Assembly: GCF_009914755.1 (NCBI RefSeq)
Contig: NC_060935.1
Strand: one strand, 5' to 3'
Source: the human T2T-CHM13v2.0 reference genome, Homo sapiens
Length of the DNA: 64,000 nt
Under the pieces are notes generated by a model. That model was not told the origin of the DNA, did no database searches, and worked only from the letters and a program-made list of their open reading frames with translations. A program made the translations under genes and the position numbers. Below are positions 24,363 to 37,145 of the stretch, one piece after another (within the stretch, counting starts at the first letter, position 1; every line of letters begins with the position of its first letter).

Positions 24363-25072
24363 TGTTTTGGTAATGGCAATGAATTCATCAATTTAATATA
24401 GATGAATTCCCGAAGAAATATTGATGGAATAGCAGTGGCATCCATCTCTCTTCCTATGATAGAATCTACATGAACCATATTTAAGTATTGTAAAAATATG
24501 ACATTCAAAACTAAAGATGGACAACATCAAGTGTTACTAAAGATTTAGTGAAATTGGAACCCTCATACTTTGCTGGTGGGAATGTGCAATGATGCAGTAG
24601 CTTTGGAAAACAGTGTGCTCATTTCTCCAATATGAATCCCAGTGGTGTCTCTGTCACCCATTCCTTATCATCTGTAATGTTTTTGTATTATGTAAGTCCT
24701 TTCTATCTAAAATATCTAGGGTGATTTTAGTTTTACAATATTTAGTATTATACACTGATACCTGACTGGTGTAACCTGTAATAACTAGAAGAAAGGTGGT
24801 ATTATTCCTTCTTCACCTAGATCACTTCATTTAGTCCTGGGTTGAGGACTAAATTCCCACCAGCAATGTATGATGATTCCAATTTCACCAAATCCTTAGC
24901 AACACTTAATGTTGTTCATCTTTAGTTTTAATGTCATATTTTTAAAATATTTAAAAATGGTTCATATAGATTCTACTATGGGAAGAGAGACGGATGCCAC
25001 TGCTATTCTACCAACATTTCTGTGGGAATTAGTCTATATTAAATTGATGAATTCATTGCCATTACCAAAACA
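24363..25072. repeat. Inverted duplication: arms 24363-24583 and 24853-25072, ~270-bp spacer
   Basis: Arms are reverse complements over ~220 bp (about 85% by eye); outer 40 bp match 40/40. Confidence 0.95.
24518..24630 (+). mobile_element. Old L1M ORF2 3' fragment
   Basis: AAATTGGAACCCTCATACTTTGCTGGTGGGAATGTGCAATGATGCAGTAGCTTTGGAAAACAG. Confidence 0.75.
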
Positions 25073-26449
25073 GAACTAAATGAAGTTATACACTGAGGAA
25101 AACAGATTACTGAATCCATCCTGATAAGAGTGTAATCAAGAAGGTGAGAAACTTGAAACAAAGAGAGTTGTGCAAAGATCAAAGGTACCAGACAAAACTT
25201 ATGAGGAACATAATGGCTGCTTTTAAATATCTTAAGCACCCTATGTGAAAGAATTCAAGTACATAGGAAGAAGTAGGACAATTTTTAGGGACAAGTATGT
25301 GAAGAAAAGTTTCAGTGGTCAACTTGCCTTGTCAGGCATTAAGATTCCCATCACAGGAGGAGTTAAAGCAGAAGATGGGTGGCCACTTAGTGAAAAAGTC
25401 ACAGGGGCGATCCAAGGATTCTGAAGCGGGAAGTATGCAAGAGTCGAGGCAGATGATCTTAAAGTGGAGGTAGCAAACCAGCAGTTCGTGGCCAAATACA
25501 GTCTACGAGATGCCATAACACAGGTGGATTTAGTTATCAACATTTATGAATCAATAGATTCCCATAAACATCTGAAATTTCTTTTTTCTCAGGGAAAAAT
25601 ATGAAAATATGGTAGCACTGCATTCCCTTTTGGCAACAATTGGTGATGCTAAAAATAGATTGTTTCTTTTAAACAGATCAAGTAGCCTATAGTTTACCAC
25701 AGTCCCAATATTCCCACCCATTTAGGCTCTAGCTCACAGCTTTTATCCTATGCTACCTGTCTGGGATCTCAGTTTGCTACCACTGGATCCCCAAACCTAA
25801 GATTCTCTGATTCTTTGATGCCATGACTCAAAGTCCAGTTCAAATGTTATCTCTGCTGGGAAGCTTTTCCTATTCATTCCAGCTAAATGTTCTTATTCTC
25901 CTCCCTGAATACCTCTGGCGCATAAAATATTTACCACAACTTATTTGAGTTTATTCTTGCAACTTTCCAATAAGGTAGATGTTTGAGGTCAGGGATCTCA
26001 CATATAGGAGATATCCTTCGATATTTTAGCAACAAATATCCCACATTGACTTTTAATGATGCTCTTTAACAAGCTGATTAATTTCACTGTAACTTAGAAA
26101 TAGCTTTTTCTACACAAGGGAAAGGCTTACCTGATTTCCTTTTGACTGTAAAGTTTATTTTTGAAATTGAGTTCTATTTCCCCCTTGGAATTCAGGAATC
26201 TTAAAACAAATATGAAGGAATAATTTAACTTTTAGACTATGCAACTTCCTAGTTTTTAGTCATTGTACTAGGCACCAGTCAGAATGTACCTTTGCCATGT
26301 AAACTTATAAATTTCCTTCTTTCCTTCACTGAGAAATTAAGATGTAAGACTAATGCATTCCATGATGCCTAGAGTTTACATTTGAGTTTATAATTGCAAA
26401 TTAGTTTCATTGTTATTGTTCTAGACATTATTTTTTCAAACCACAATAA

Positions 26450-26729
<280 letters not shown>

Positions 26730-26934
26730 TGAAATCACAATCATTTTTGTTGGGAGGGAGTAGGTGAACAGTTTGCTACATTTGATCTAATCTGGACTAC
26801 TGAGAATAACAGTATAATTTAATGCTTGGTAATTGTTTTTATATATAATTAATAATTACATATTACATATATCAGCTTTTTCTAAAATATATTCTATATA
26901 ATACTGTTCAAAATGCTTCCCCAAATGCCCCATT

Positions 26935-27655
26935 TAATAAATAGGTTGCAAACTTATTAGATATCATACCCAACATAGACTGAATCACGATATTTTTTGA
27001 AGATACAGATAGTTCCAAAAAAAGTTACCAGAATTTTGCTTCCAATATAGACTATCCCATTTATTCTGGAAAAAATAAAAGAATAAATCATACCAGTGCT
27101 TTCACAAACTCTTCTCAAAATAGAAGAAAAATTTCCCAACTCATTCTCCAAGGCCAGTGTTACCCTGATAACAAAGCCAAACAGGACATCACAAGAGACC
27201 AATATCACTGATAAATATAGGTTAAAAATATTTAACAAAATATTAGTAAGTTGAATCCAGAAACATAGTGAAAACATTGTACTCAGGACGGGCAAGGTGG
27301 CTTATGCCTGCAATCCCAGCACTTTGGGACACTGAGGCAGGCATATTGCTTGAGCCCAGGAGCTCCAAATGAGCCTGGGTAACATGGCGAAACCCTATCT
27401 CTACTAAAAATACAAAAGTTAGCTGGGCATTGTGGTGCATGCCTGTAGTCCCAGCTACTCAGGAGGCTTAGGTGGGAGGATTGCTTGAGCCTGGGAGGCA
27501 AAGGTTGCGATGAGCCAAGATCACATCACTGCACTCCAACCTGGGCAACAGAATGAGACCCTGTTTCAAAAAAAAAAAAAAAAAAAGAGAGAGAGAGATT
27601 ATACTCCATGATTAAGTATGATTTATTTCAAGAAGGTAAGATTGGTTTTCAGATA
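26935..27655 (+). mobile_element. Old L1M ORF2 fragment interrupted by an Alu
   Basis: CCCAACTCATTCTCCAAGGCCAGTGTTACCCTGATAACAAAGCCA (L1 RT region); resumes after the Alu. Confidence 0.8.
27286..27587 (+). mobile_element. AluJ-like full-length Alu
   Basis: Dimeric, GGAGGATTGCTTGAGCC, A tail; TSD ATTGTACTC / ATTATACTC. Confidence 0.95.
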
Positions 27656-27662
27656 TCTAATA

Positions 27663-28485
<823 letters not shown>

Positions 28486-30149
28486 TTAAATGGGCTTACT
28501 CTTTAAGTAGGTTTCCCAGAAGTCTTGTCCAGTGACTACCACTTATTTCCCTTGGACAAACCTGGGCTACATGGTTATTCTAGCAACAAAGGGAGCTGGG
28601 AAATGTAGTTTCTAGATGGGCATATTGTCCACTAGAGTGTAATTGGGTTCTGTAAGAAAAGTGGAGAATAACTATTGGGTGGGCAAATAGCAATATTTCA
28701 TTCAGGTGGAACCATATCACTGAGCCAGGAATATCAACTAGTGAGTCATACTGCGAATATCGAAAGCCAAAATGATTCTTTTTAGGACAAAATGAATCCA
28801 TTGGCATTTCATTAATGGAACATGAAAATTATTGTTCTATTTGTTTCTACTTGTTTAAATGAAATACTTGTCTTCAATTCCAGTTTTAGAATGTGGGCCT
28901 TGAAATGCTTCAAATTAGCCAATTTAAAATTAATTCTGCTTTAGTAACATTTCATAAAAATGATTATAAATCAGAACAAAAACCTGTAGGGTATAGCAAG
29001 TTTCACAATTTCTTTACAAAAACAGCAATGCACCAGTAACCACAGAACAATAAAGAAAAATTAGAGGGGTATATCACAAGGGAAGAAATAATGGAAACCA
29101 TTAGAGACTCAAAGAGCGGAAAGCCACCAAGAGAAGATGGATGGCTCCATAAACTTTATCACAGTTTTTCAAAAAAAAATACAACAATCTACCAGGTAGT
29201 GAAACCATTAAGTGAAATTATTGGTATAGACCAATTATGTCCCCCAAGAAATGAGATAATCATTTCCCTCTTACTGGATAAAAAAAAAAAGAGCAGTAGG
29301 AACAGAGACACATCCTGCCAATGAAAACTTTAAGTGGTGATTATAAAATATTCTCCAGAATGGAGTAATGAGTATAATGAAGGTTGTACACAACAAAGTA
29401 AAACTGTACTGAGATTGCAGCTTTAGAAAATCACTACAGTCACTGTGACTGTGGACATTCTCTGTGCTTCGATTCAGTAAAACCAGTTGATGGAGTGATG
29501 AATTGCTTCTTCAGCTTCTCATGGGTAGATTTAGGGAGAGAAAATGACAATTAGTGCCAATATTATAGAGATATTATTGGACAAATTCATAGGCTATCAT
29601 CAGAAGCCCTCATGGTAAGGAGGGGAAGGTAGACTGGGTGATATTATTTCTGTGTTTATAGACAAATATCCCAAACAAAACCCTAATCAGCATATCCAAT
29701 TGTGGGGTGAGGAGTATCATCAGTGACCTTAAAGAGGTGCCTGTGAAGGGTAAGGGGCCGGACTCTCCAGTTGCAAGATAGAGGATGTATTGCTGCTTCT
29801 CCATCAGACCAACTCATTTTCCTACTAGTGTTTCCTCTGCATGGAACACATCTCCTCAACTCATACATAACTAATGTGAAGTGTGGGCAGATGTGGTATG
29901 TGTTGATGTATTGCTTCTAGGTGGAAGTATTTACTTGCCAGAACTTCGACACTCTTTCTTCTTGGCAAGGTAATTGTGGAGTTTGGAGATAGCGTCTCTC
30001 CCAGCCTGTTGCTGGGTGACCACATGAGCAGAGCTCCCAAGCTAACCCACAATGTCCAAGTAACATGAGAAATAAACCTCTTTCTTTTGGGTAGGGGGAG
30101 GGGGTTGTTTGTTACTGTAATATAATCTCCTAGCCTGTTCTGATACTTC

Positions 30150-30620
30150 ATATCAAATCATCTTAATTACTTATTTATAGCACTGTTCATGATCCATACA
30201 CTCTTAATGTGTTTCTTTATTCTTTTTGTCTGGCCTTGAAATGTAAACTGTATGTGGGCAGGGACCTTATCTGTCTTGTTCACTGATACATTCCCCAGAA
30301 AATGCATAATATGGAAAATAATAAATGTTCAGTAATATATATTCAATAAATAGTCTTTAAATAAGAAGTACAATTCTCTTTAGGCAAAGAATAAAGCAAC
30401 ATTTCTTAAATGCCTTTCCTAGGCATTTAAGGAAGTAAGAACCCTACATCCAAATTTCTAGCATTTATCAGCTGTGAGACCTTAGGGACATTACTTTATC
30501 TTTTTGTGTCTGATGCCTAAGTGTCTTCATCTGCAAAAACAGAAATAATCATATAAGGTTGTTGTGAGCATTAAATGAGTAATACAAATAACATAATAAA
30601 CCATAATAATATATATTTAT
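30150..30620 (+). mobile_element. L2 3' end followed by a MIR fragment
   Basis: GGGCAGGGACCTTATCTGTCTTGTTCACTG (L2); CTTCATCTGCAAAA...AGGTTGTTGTGAGCATTAAATGAG (MIR). Confidence 0.6.
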
Positions 30621-30679
30621 TACTAAAAGTGATACAAAGCAGATATCCAGGGCAATGTGCCTGAATGGCAAGCTATATT

Positions 30680-31050
30680 TTCCATCTTTCCTTGTGGCTA
30701 ATTAGGGATATTATATTCTAGCTAATGAGATGTAAATTGAAATGTTGAGTGGGATATTTGGGAAGATGCCTTTCAAAGAAGGAAGCAAAACCCTCTTCTT
30801 CCTGCTGGTTGGAATGTGGATATAATGGATGATGTTCTAGCCCCTATCACATGAGATGAAGTGGAGGCTAGAAAACCATACACAGTAGAACAAAAAATAG
30901 AAAAAGCCTAGGTCACTGATGACTTGGTAGAACTGCTACATTAGCCATAAACAGTCTGTCTTCAAACTGCATTTTTTTGGAAGAATAAACTTTTACTTGT
31001 TTATGCCACAAAGTACTCATAGCTAGCACAAATTAAGTCTCTAACTGATA
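30680..31050 (+). mobile_element. Old MLT1-type LTR
   Basis: GCTAATGAGATGTAA...CCTGCTGGTTGGAATGTGGA...AATAAACTTTTACTTGTTTATGCCAC. Confidence 0.55.
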
Positions 31051-31299
31051 TGCTCCCATCATATGTTGATCATCTATTTGATTTGTTTTTCCCAATTAAG
31101 AGTCTATTTATAGGGGTGTGTGTGTGTGTGCATGCATGTGCACCTGTGAAAATGTGTATATATATATGTCTACCTTCATGGTGAAACTTTTACAACAACA
31201 TCCTTTTTTCACTATTGTGCCAAGTTCTCTGGTGAGTGAAATGGCAATAGATCAGATGGCAATGAGTAATGTAAACCTGGATGTCTTCTTAATGCATTT

Positions 31300-31673
31300 T
31301 AAAAATTTTTTTATTTCAATAGGTTTTTGGGGAACAGGTGGTGTTTGCTTACATGAGTAAGTTCTTTAATGGTGATTTCTGAGATTTTAGCGCACCCATC
31401 ACCCGAGCAGTGTACACTGTATGCAGTGTGTAGTCTTTTATCCCTCACCACCCCCTACCCTTTCCCTGAGTCCCCAAAGTCCAATGTATTATCCTTATGC
31501 CTCTGTGTCCTCATAGCTTAGCTCCCACATTTGAGTGAGAACATACGATGTTTGGTTTTCCATTCCTGAATTACTTCACTTAGAATAATAGTCTTCAATT
31601 CCATCCAGGTTGCTGCAAATGTCATTATTTCATTCCTTTTTATGGCTGAGTAGTATTCGATGGTGTGTGTGTA

Positions 31674-31704
<31 letters not shown>

Positions 31705-32748
31705 ATGTGATATATATATATATATATATATCACATTTTTTATCCACTTGCTGATTGATGGGCATTTGGGCTTGTTCCATATTTCTGCAACCGCAAATTT
31801 TGCTGCTATAAACATGCCTGTGCACGTATCTTTTTCATATAATGACTTATTTTCCTCTGGGTAAATACCTAGTAGTGGGTTTGCTGGATCAAACGGTGAA
31901 TCTACTTTTAGTCCTTTAAGGAATATCTACATGGTTTTCCATAGTGGTTGACTAGTTTACATTTCAACCAAGAGTGTAAAAGTGTTCCCTTTTGATTGTA
32001 TCTGCGCCAACATCTATTTTTTTATTTTTTGATTATGGCCATTGTTGCAGGTGGTATCACATTGTGATTTTGATTTGCATTTCCCTCATCATTAATGATG
32101 TTGAGCATTTTTCCATGTGCTTGTCGGCCATTTGTATATCTTCTTTTGAGAATTGTCTATTCATGTCCTTAGCCCACTTTTTTGATGGGATTGTTTGTTT
32201 TGTTCTTGCTGATTTGTTTGAGTTCTTTGTAGATTCTGGGTATTAGTCCTTTGTAGATTCTGGGTATTAGTCCTTTGTCAGATGTATAGATTGTGAAGAT
32301 TTTCTCCCACTCTGTGGAATGTCTGTTAACTCTGCTAATTATTTCTTTTGCTGTGCAGAAGCTTTTTAGTTCAATTAGGTACCATCTATTTATCTTTGGT
32401 TTTTTTTGCATTTGCTTTTGGCTTCTTGGTCATGAAGTCTTTACCTAAGCCAATGTCTAGAAGGGTTTTCTCAGTGTTATCTTATAGAATCGTCATGGTT
32501 TCAGGTGGCATTGCTATAAAAATAGGCTCATAGACAGAATAGAGAACCCAAAAATAAAACCAAATACTTACAAACTAATCTTCAACAAAGCAAACAAAAA
32601 CAAAGTGGGGAAAGGATGCCCTATTCAACAAATGGTGCTGGGATAATTGGCAAGCCACATGTAGAGGAATAAAACTGCATCCTCATATCTCACTTTATTA
32701 AAAAATCAACTCAAGATGGATCAAAGTCTTCAATCTACGACCTCAAAC
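31300..32748 (-). mobile_element. L1PB-type LINE with 5' inversion (twin priming)
   Basis: 31300-~32506 is minus-strand 3'UTR/ORF2 (TTTCAATAGGTTTTTGGGGAACAGGTGG); ~32507-32748 is plus-strand ORF2 lying just upstream in L1; internal (TG)n(TA)n 31663-31731; 23-bp tandem duplication ~32225-32277. Confidence 0.9.
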
Positions 32749-33887
32749 ATCCCTATTTATCATTCTTAATGTTTGGATTAATGATTTAATCCAAAAACTC
32801 AGGCAAAGTCCAGGGATAGGTTAATATCTGCTAGAGGGAACCATAATAAACATATTCATGAACCAACTGTTATGTACAAGTCAAACAAACAAGTTAATTG
32901 TTTGTTAGCAGAAGAGATTATGAGTTTATTTTAGGCCATTAGTGTATATTACTCAGTTAAATTGTGTTTATATTCTGTAAATCTTTAATATTTCACCACA
33001 GGAAAGAAATTCAGCCCATATTTCTACTGGAAACTCCCAAAGAAGACTTAGAGCATGACTTAAACAAATTAAAAATTAAAATTAAGCATAAGCAGTGGAT
33101 CAAGTAATGAATTATTTGACGTTTAAAGCTTTGGTTATTAGTCAGAATTAAGTCTTTAGTGATATAATGGGCTGGTTGGTTTGGTGGACTTTACAATTGT
33201 TTTTAAATAAAGAAGGTTTCATTCAAAAGTTGCCAACCTCATCTTTTGGGTACTGTTTCTAGAGTCATAAGCAGGGTCCTCTTCGTTATGCAAATATAAG
33301 ATAAATAGGCTCTTCTTTCTAATACTCTTACTAAATTCTTGGGTAGGGAATAGGCAAACTGATATAGGTCCTTGAAACTTCCTGGAAGTTTTCTGAGAAA
33401 TGCATTTAAGATCCCAAACTTCTTTTACTTTAAAAATATTTGAAATTTAATGTTAAAAGAAACTCTCTGTAAAGTGTAGACGCTGCTGATGAGATTCAAC
33501 AGCAGAAAAACGAGTCCTACAAGAAAATTCTTCAGGGCACTAGGGCTAAATTTGGCCTTGGCATCTTGGCTGATACTGCGATCACAGGAGACTTGGTTTT
33601 GACATTTGGTGACTGTACCTAAGAGCACTTTGGGCCTAGCCATTCTAGTACAGTGGCTGCCTTTGAGAAATGGATCTGAACATGTAAATGTAAACTAAAT
33701 AGCTAAAGTGGAGAGAGCCAGCAAGAGCCTAGCTGTGGACAGGTATGGAATTACTAAAATTTCATGACTGAGTTTTACCAGCAACAACATGTGAAAGTGG
33801 TAGAAGTAAAAACAACTGGAAATAGTAGACCAGTTAGATTCTTTATTTCCCTGAAGAATTTGGAAGGTGACACAAAGATTAAGAAAC

Positions 33888-34381
33888 TGTATTATTCAGG
33901 ATTCTCTAGAGGAATAGAACAGGATATGTATACTGGAGGCCAAGAAGTCCCACTGCATGCCATTTGCAATCTGGAGAACTAGAAAAGCTGGTGGTGTAAT
34001 TCAGTCTGTAGTTGAAAGGACTGAGAAATGGAAGAGCCTATGGTATAACTCCCGCTCAGAGGCCCAAAGGCCTGAGAACCTGGAGTGAGGGCTGGTGTAA
34101 GTCCTGGAGTCTAAAGGACTGAGAAACAGGAGCTCTAATATTTGAGTGCAAGGAGAAGACGAATGTTTCAGCTCAAGAAGAGAATTTGCCCTTCTTCTGC
34201 CTTTTTGTTCTTTCTAGGCCCTCAAAAGATTGAATGATGCCCACACCTCCATTGGTGAGGGCAGATCTTTTTTACTTAGTTTACTGATTTAAATGCTAAT
34301 CTCTTCCAGGAACAAATGTTTTACCAGCTGTCTGGACATCCCTTAGTCCTGTCAAGTTGACACATAAAATTAACCATCACA
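33888..34381 (-). mobile_element. MLT2 (ERV-L) solo LTR
   Basis: Ends CAAGTTGACACATAAAATTAACCATCACA; TSD GAAAC / GAGAC. Confidence 0.88.
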
Positions 34382-35634
34382 GAGACCAAAGATTAAGCAC
34401 TGAATAGAAAGGTATTTATTGTCCTAGTGGGAGTCCAATCCTGCATAGAATCTAAGTGAATAGAAGATGAAGTTAGGGGAGAAACAATTGGGTAGATCTT
34501 TTAAAGTCAAAAGATCATCAATCATCTTCCATATGGTTGGGTTCCCCAGAAAACAGACTCCGAGATGAAGATTTGTTTTCTAGTGGGTTACTGGGGAGTG
34601 TACTCAGGAATAACACCCATTAGGGAGTAAGGCTAACAGGAAGAGAGTGACCACGATAACTCTACCACTTTTGGATCCATGGCTCCATTGGTCAGATAAC
34701 CCACACATTTGACGTATCTCTTTCCTACCATTTGGGAATGCTAGGAGACGTGCTGTCACACAGTGTCAAGATGATTCAGAAAGACTCATGGAATTGAGGA
34801 GATGCCTGTAAATTAGCTTCTGAGTCTTAAAAAATAGCCTTAAGCACATCATATAATTAATGTATAATATTTGATGTGACTCCATTAATTTCCCAAGATA
34901 TTTACTCTTTCCTTGTCAGTTCCATTATCTTGCCAGGCACTGAAGTCTAATTACATGTTAGTAGTTTTATCTAATCAGTATCTCATAGCAACTTTTAAAT
35001 ATGTGTTCTGGGTTCCAATTTCCTGACACTTTTGGGGTTTGCCCAGATATCCCTACCCTCCTATGTTTCTCAGACTAAATACTTCACAGTTGACAACGTG
35101 CTTTTATAAATTTCTCAGATTGTAAATTTACCTACCACTTTCAGATATGCAAAGAAAGCACAGCTTATGTATTTTTCATAATTTACCTAATCATCTTAAG
35201 AAGTCCCCTCCTTATTGGGTAGCATGGGAAGAGGACACTACAATTAGTCCAATTCAGTAAACTCAGTTGAATCCTATAATTTAAAGACCATCTGATGTAT
35301 AGTTTAGTCTCTTGGATAAGTCTTTGTTTTTATGCTTCGTGCATTTCTGATTCTCTCCAATATCAATCCAAGAATATAGGGAAGAGGCTTATGTGACCTC
35401 ATGGCAGCAGGGAAGAGGAACAGCCCCTCAGCTATGTGTCCATGTTTTTTGAGCATCTTCTTGTATCTTCTAGACCCAGGCAATGCCACTTTTCCTCTGG
35501 TCAGTGGGTTTCCTGTTGGTACCTAATGGCTCAGTCTGTTGTTTATGACATTGGGAGATTTTCTTTCTTGGTTCCATTAAATCCTGGTGGAGTCAGAGCC
35601 TTAGGATTCAGTCCTTGACCTTGACCCTTGCTTT

Positions 35635-36095
35635 TAAGGGAGGAGACCACCCCTTATATTGTCTTATGCCCAATTTCTGCCTCCAAAGAAAGAAGAAGTA
35701 AAAACTAAAAGGCAGAAATGAAATCCACAGGCAGACAGCCTGGCTCCATGCCTGGGCCTGGTAGTTAAAGATCGACCCCTGACCTAACCGGTTATGTTAT
35801 CTATAGATTCCAGACATTGTATGGAAAAACATTGTGAAAATCCCTGTCCTGTTTTGCTCCATTCTGATTACCCGTGCATGCAGCCCCCAGTCACATATCC
35901 CCTGCTTGCTCAGTCAATCATGACCCTCTCATGCAGACCCCCTTAGAGTCATAAGCCCTTAAAAAGGACAGGAATTGCTCACTCAGGGAGCTTGGCTTTT
36001 GAGATGCAAGTCTGCCAAAGTTCCTGGCCAAATAAAGCTCCTTCCTTCTTTAACCTAGTGTCTGAGGAGTTTTGTCTGTGGCTCATCCTGCTACA
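35635..36095 (+). repeat. 5' LTR (LTR2-like)
   Basis: TAAGGGAGGAGACCACCCC...AATAAAGCTCC...CCTGCTACA. Confidence 0.92.
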
Positions 36096-36100
36096 TTTCT

Positions 36101-36126
36101 TGGTTCCCTGGTTCCCTGACTTGGAA
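36101..36126 (+). promoter_or_regulatory. tRNA-Glu primer-binding site with 8-bp duplication
   Basis: TGGTTCCC-TGGTTCCCTGACTTGGAA versus tRNA-Glu complement TGGTTCCCTGACCGGGAA. Confidence 0.85.
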
Positions 36127-36632
36127 GTGAGGTGATTGGCAGACAGTCGAGGCAGCCCCTTAGGTGACTTAGGCCTGCCCCATGGAGCATCCTTGCAGGG
36201 GACTCCAACCAGCCTGAGTGACATGGATCCTGACAGCACTCCCAGGTAGGCAATTGCCCGGTGGGATGCCTCGCCAAAGCAGCATGTGGCAGGCCCCCAT
36301 GGAGGATCAGTGCAGTGGCTGAATGCTGGGAAGGAACTAGCTCTTGGAGTCTGGATATCTGAAACTTGGTAAGACTGGTCTTTGGAACTTGCCCACTCCA
36401 TTTGAGTGGAAAGGCGTGCCTGCACCGGCATTTTGGTTTTTGTTTTTGACTTGATTTGGATTGCTTGATACTTTGGTTTTGGTTTTGACCTGGCTTGGAT
36501 ATCTTGATACTCTGATTTTGGTTTTGATTCTGGTTTGGTATAAACTGTAAAAGTGTGTGTATGCCCTTTTTACCCATTCTTTGTTTTGTGGTGTGCGTGT
36601 GCTGTGAGCGTGGTGTTTTGTCTCAAGGAAGC

Positions 36633-36915
36633 GTGGGTCAGGCACAAAGTAAGCCCACCCCACTAGGAACTATGTTGAAAAATTTCAAGAAAGGATTTAA
36701 GGGAAATTACGGTGTTACTATGACACCAGGAAACTTAGAACTTTGTGTGAAATAGACTGGCCAGCATTTGAGGTGGGTTGGCCCATCAGAAGGAAGCCTG
36801 GAAAGGTCCCTTGTTTCAAAGGTATGGCACAAGGTAACCTGTAAGCCAGGCACCCAGACCAGTTCCCATACATAGACACTTGGTTACAGCTGGTTTTAGA
36901 CACCCCACCTCTGGC
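36633..36915 (+). pseudogene. gag: gag matrix fragment (gammaretrovirus-like)
   Basis: (V)GQAQSKPTPLGTMLKNFKKGF...; after a frameshift CEIDWPAFEVG; start codon decayed to GTG; truncated at a GA-rich tract. Confidence 0.8.
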
Positions 36916-36974
36916 CCCCGCCACAGTGGTTAAGAGAACAGCAGCATAAGCTGCTGGCAGAGGCAAGGAAAGAC

Positions 36975-37145
36975 CAGCCAAAGGAGAGAGAGGAAAGAGA
37001 TAGAGAAAAAGAGGGAAAGCGAGAGGAAGAGACAGAGAGACAAAGAGAGAGTCAAGGAGAGAGAGAGAGAAAGAGAGAGGCAGAGAGACAGGAAGAGATA
37101 GAGGCAAAAGGAAAGTCAAAGACAGAGAGAAAGAGAAAGAGATAT
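36975..37145. repeat. GA-rich low-complexity tract inside the provirus
   Basis: GAGAGAGAGAAAGAGAGAGG... runs. Confidence 0.85.

Noticed and set aside
24363-25072. Inverted arms as DNA-transposon TIRs
   Set aside because: Arms include a truncated L1M piece, there is no TSD, and I recognise no TIR motif; a Dfam search would be needed to exclude it fully.
35979-36663. Longest ORFs in the window (150, 164 and 108 aa, minus strand)
   Set aside because: Antisense to the LTR/leader; the QNQNQN runs come from the TTTTGG/TTTTGA leader repeats.
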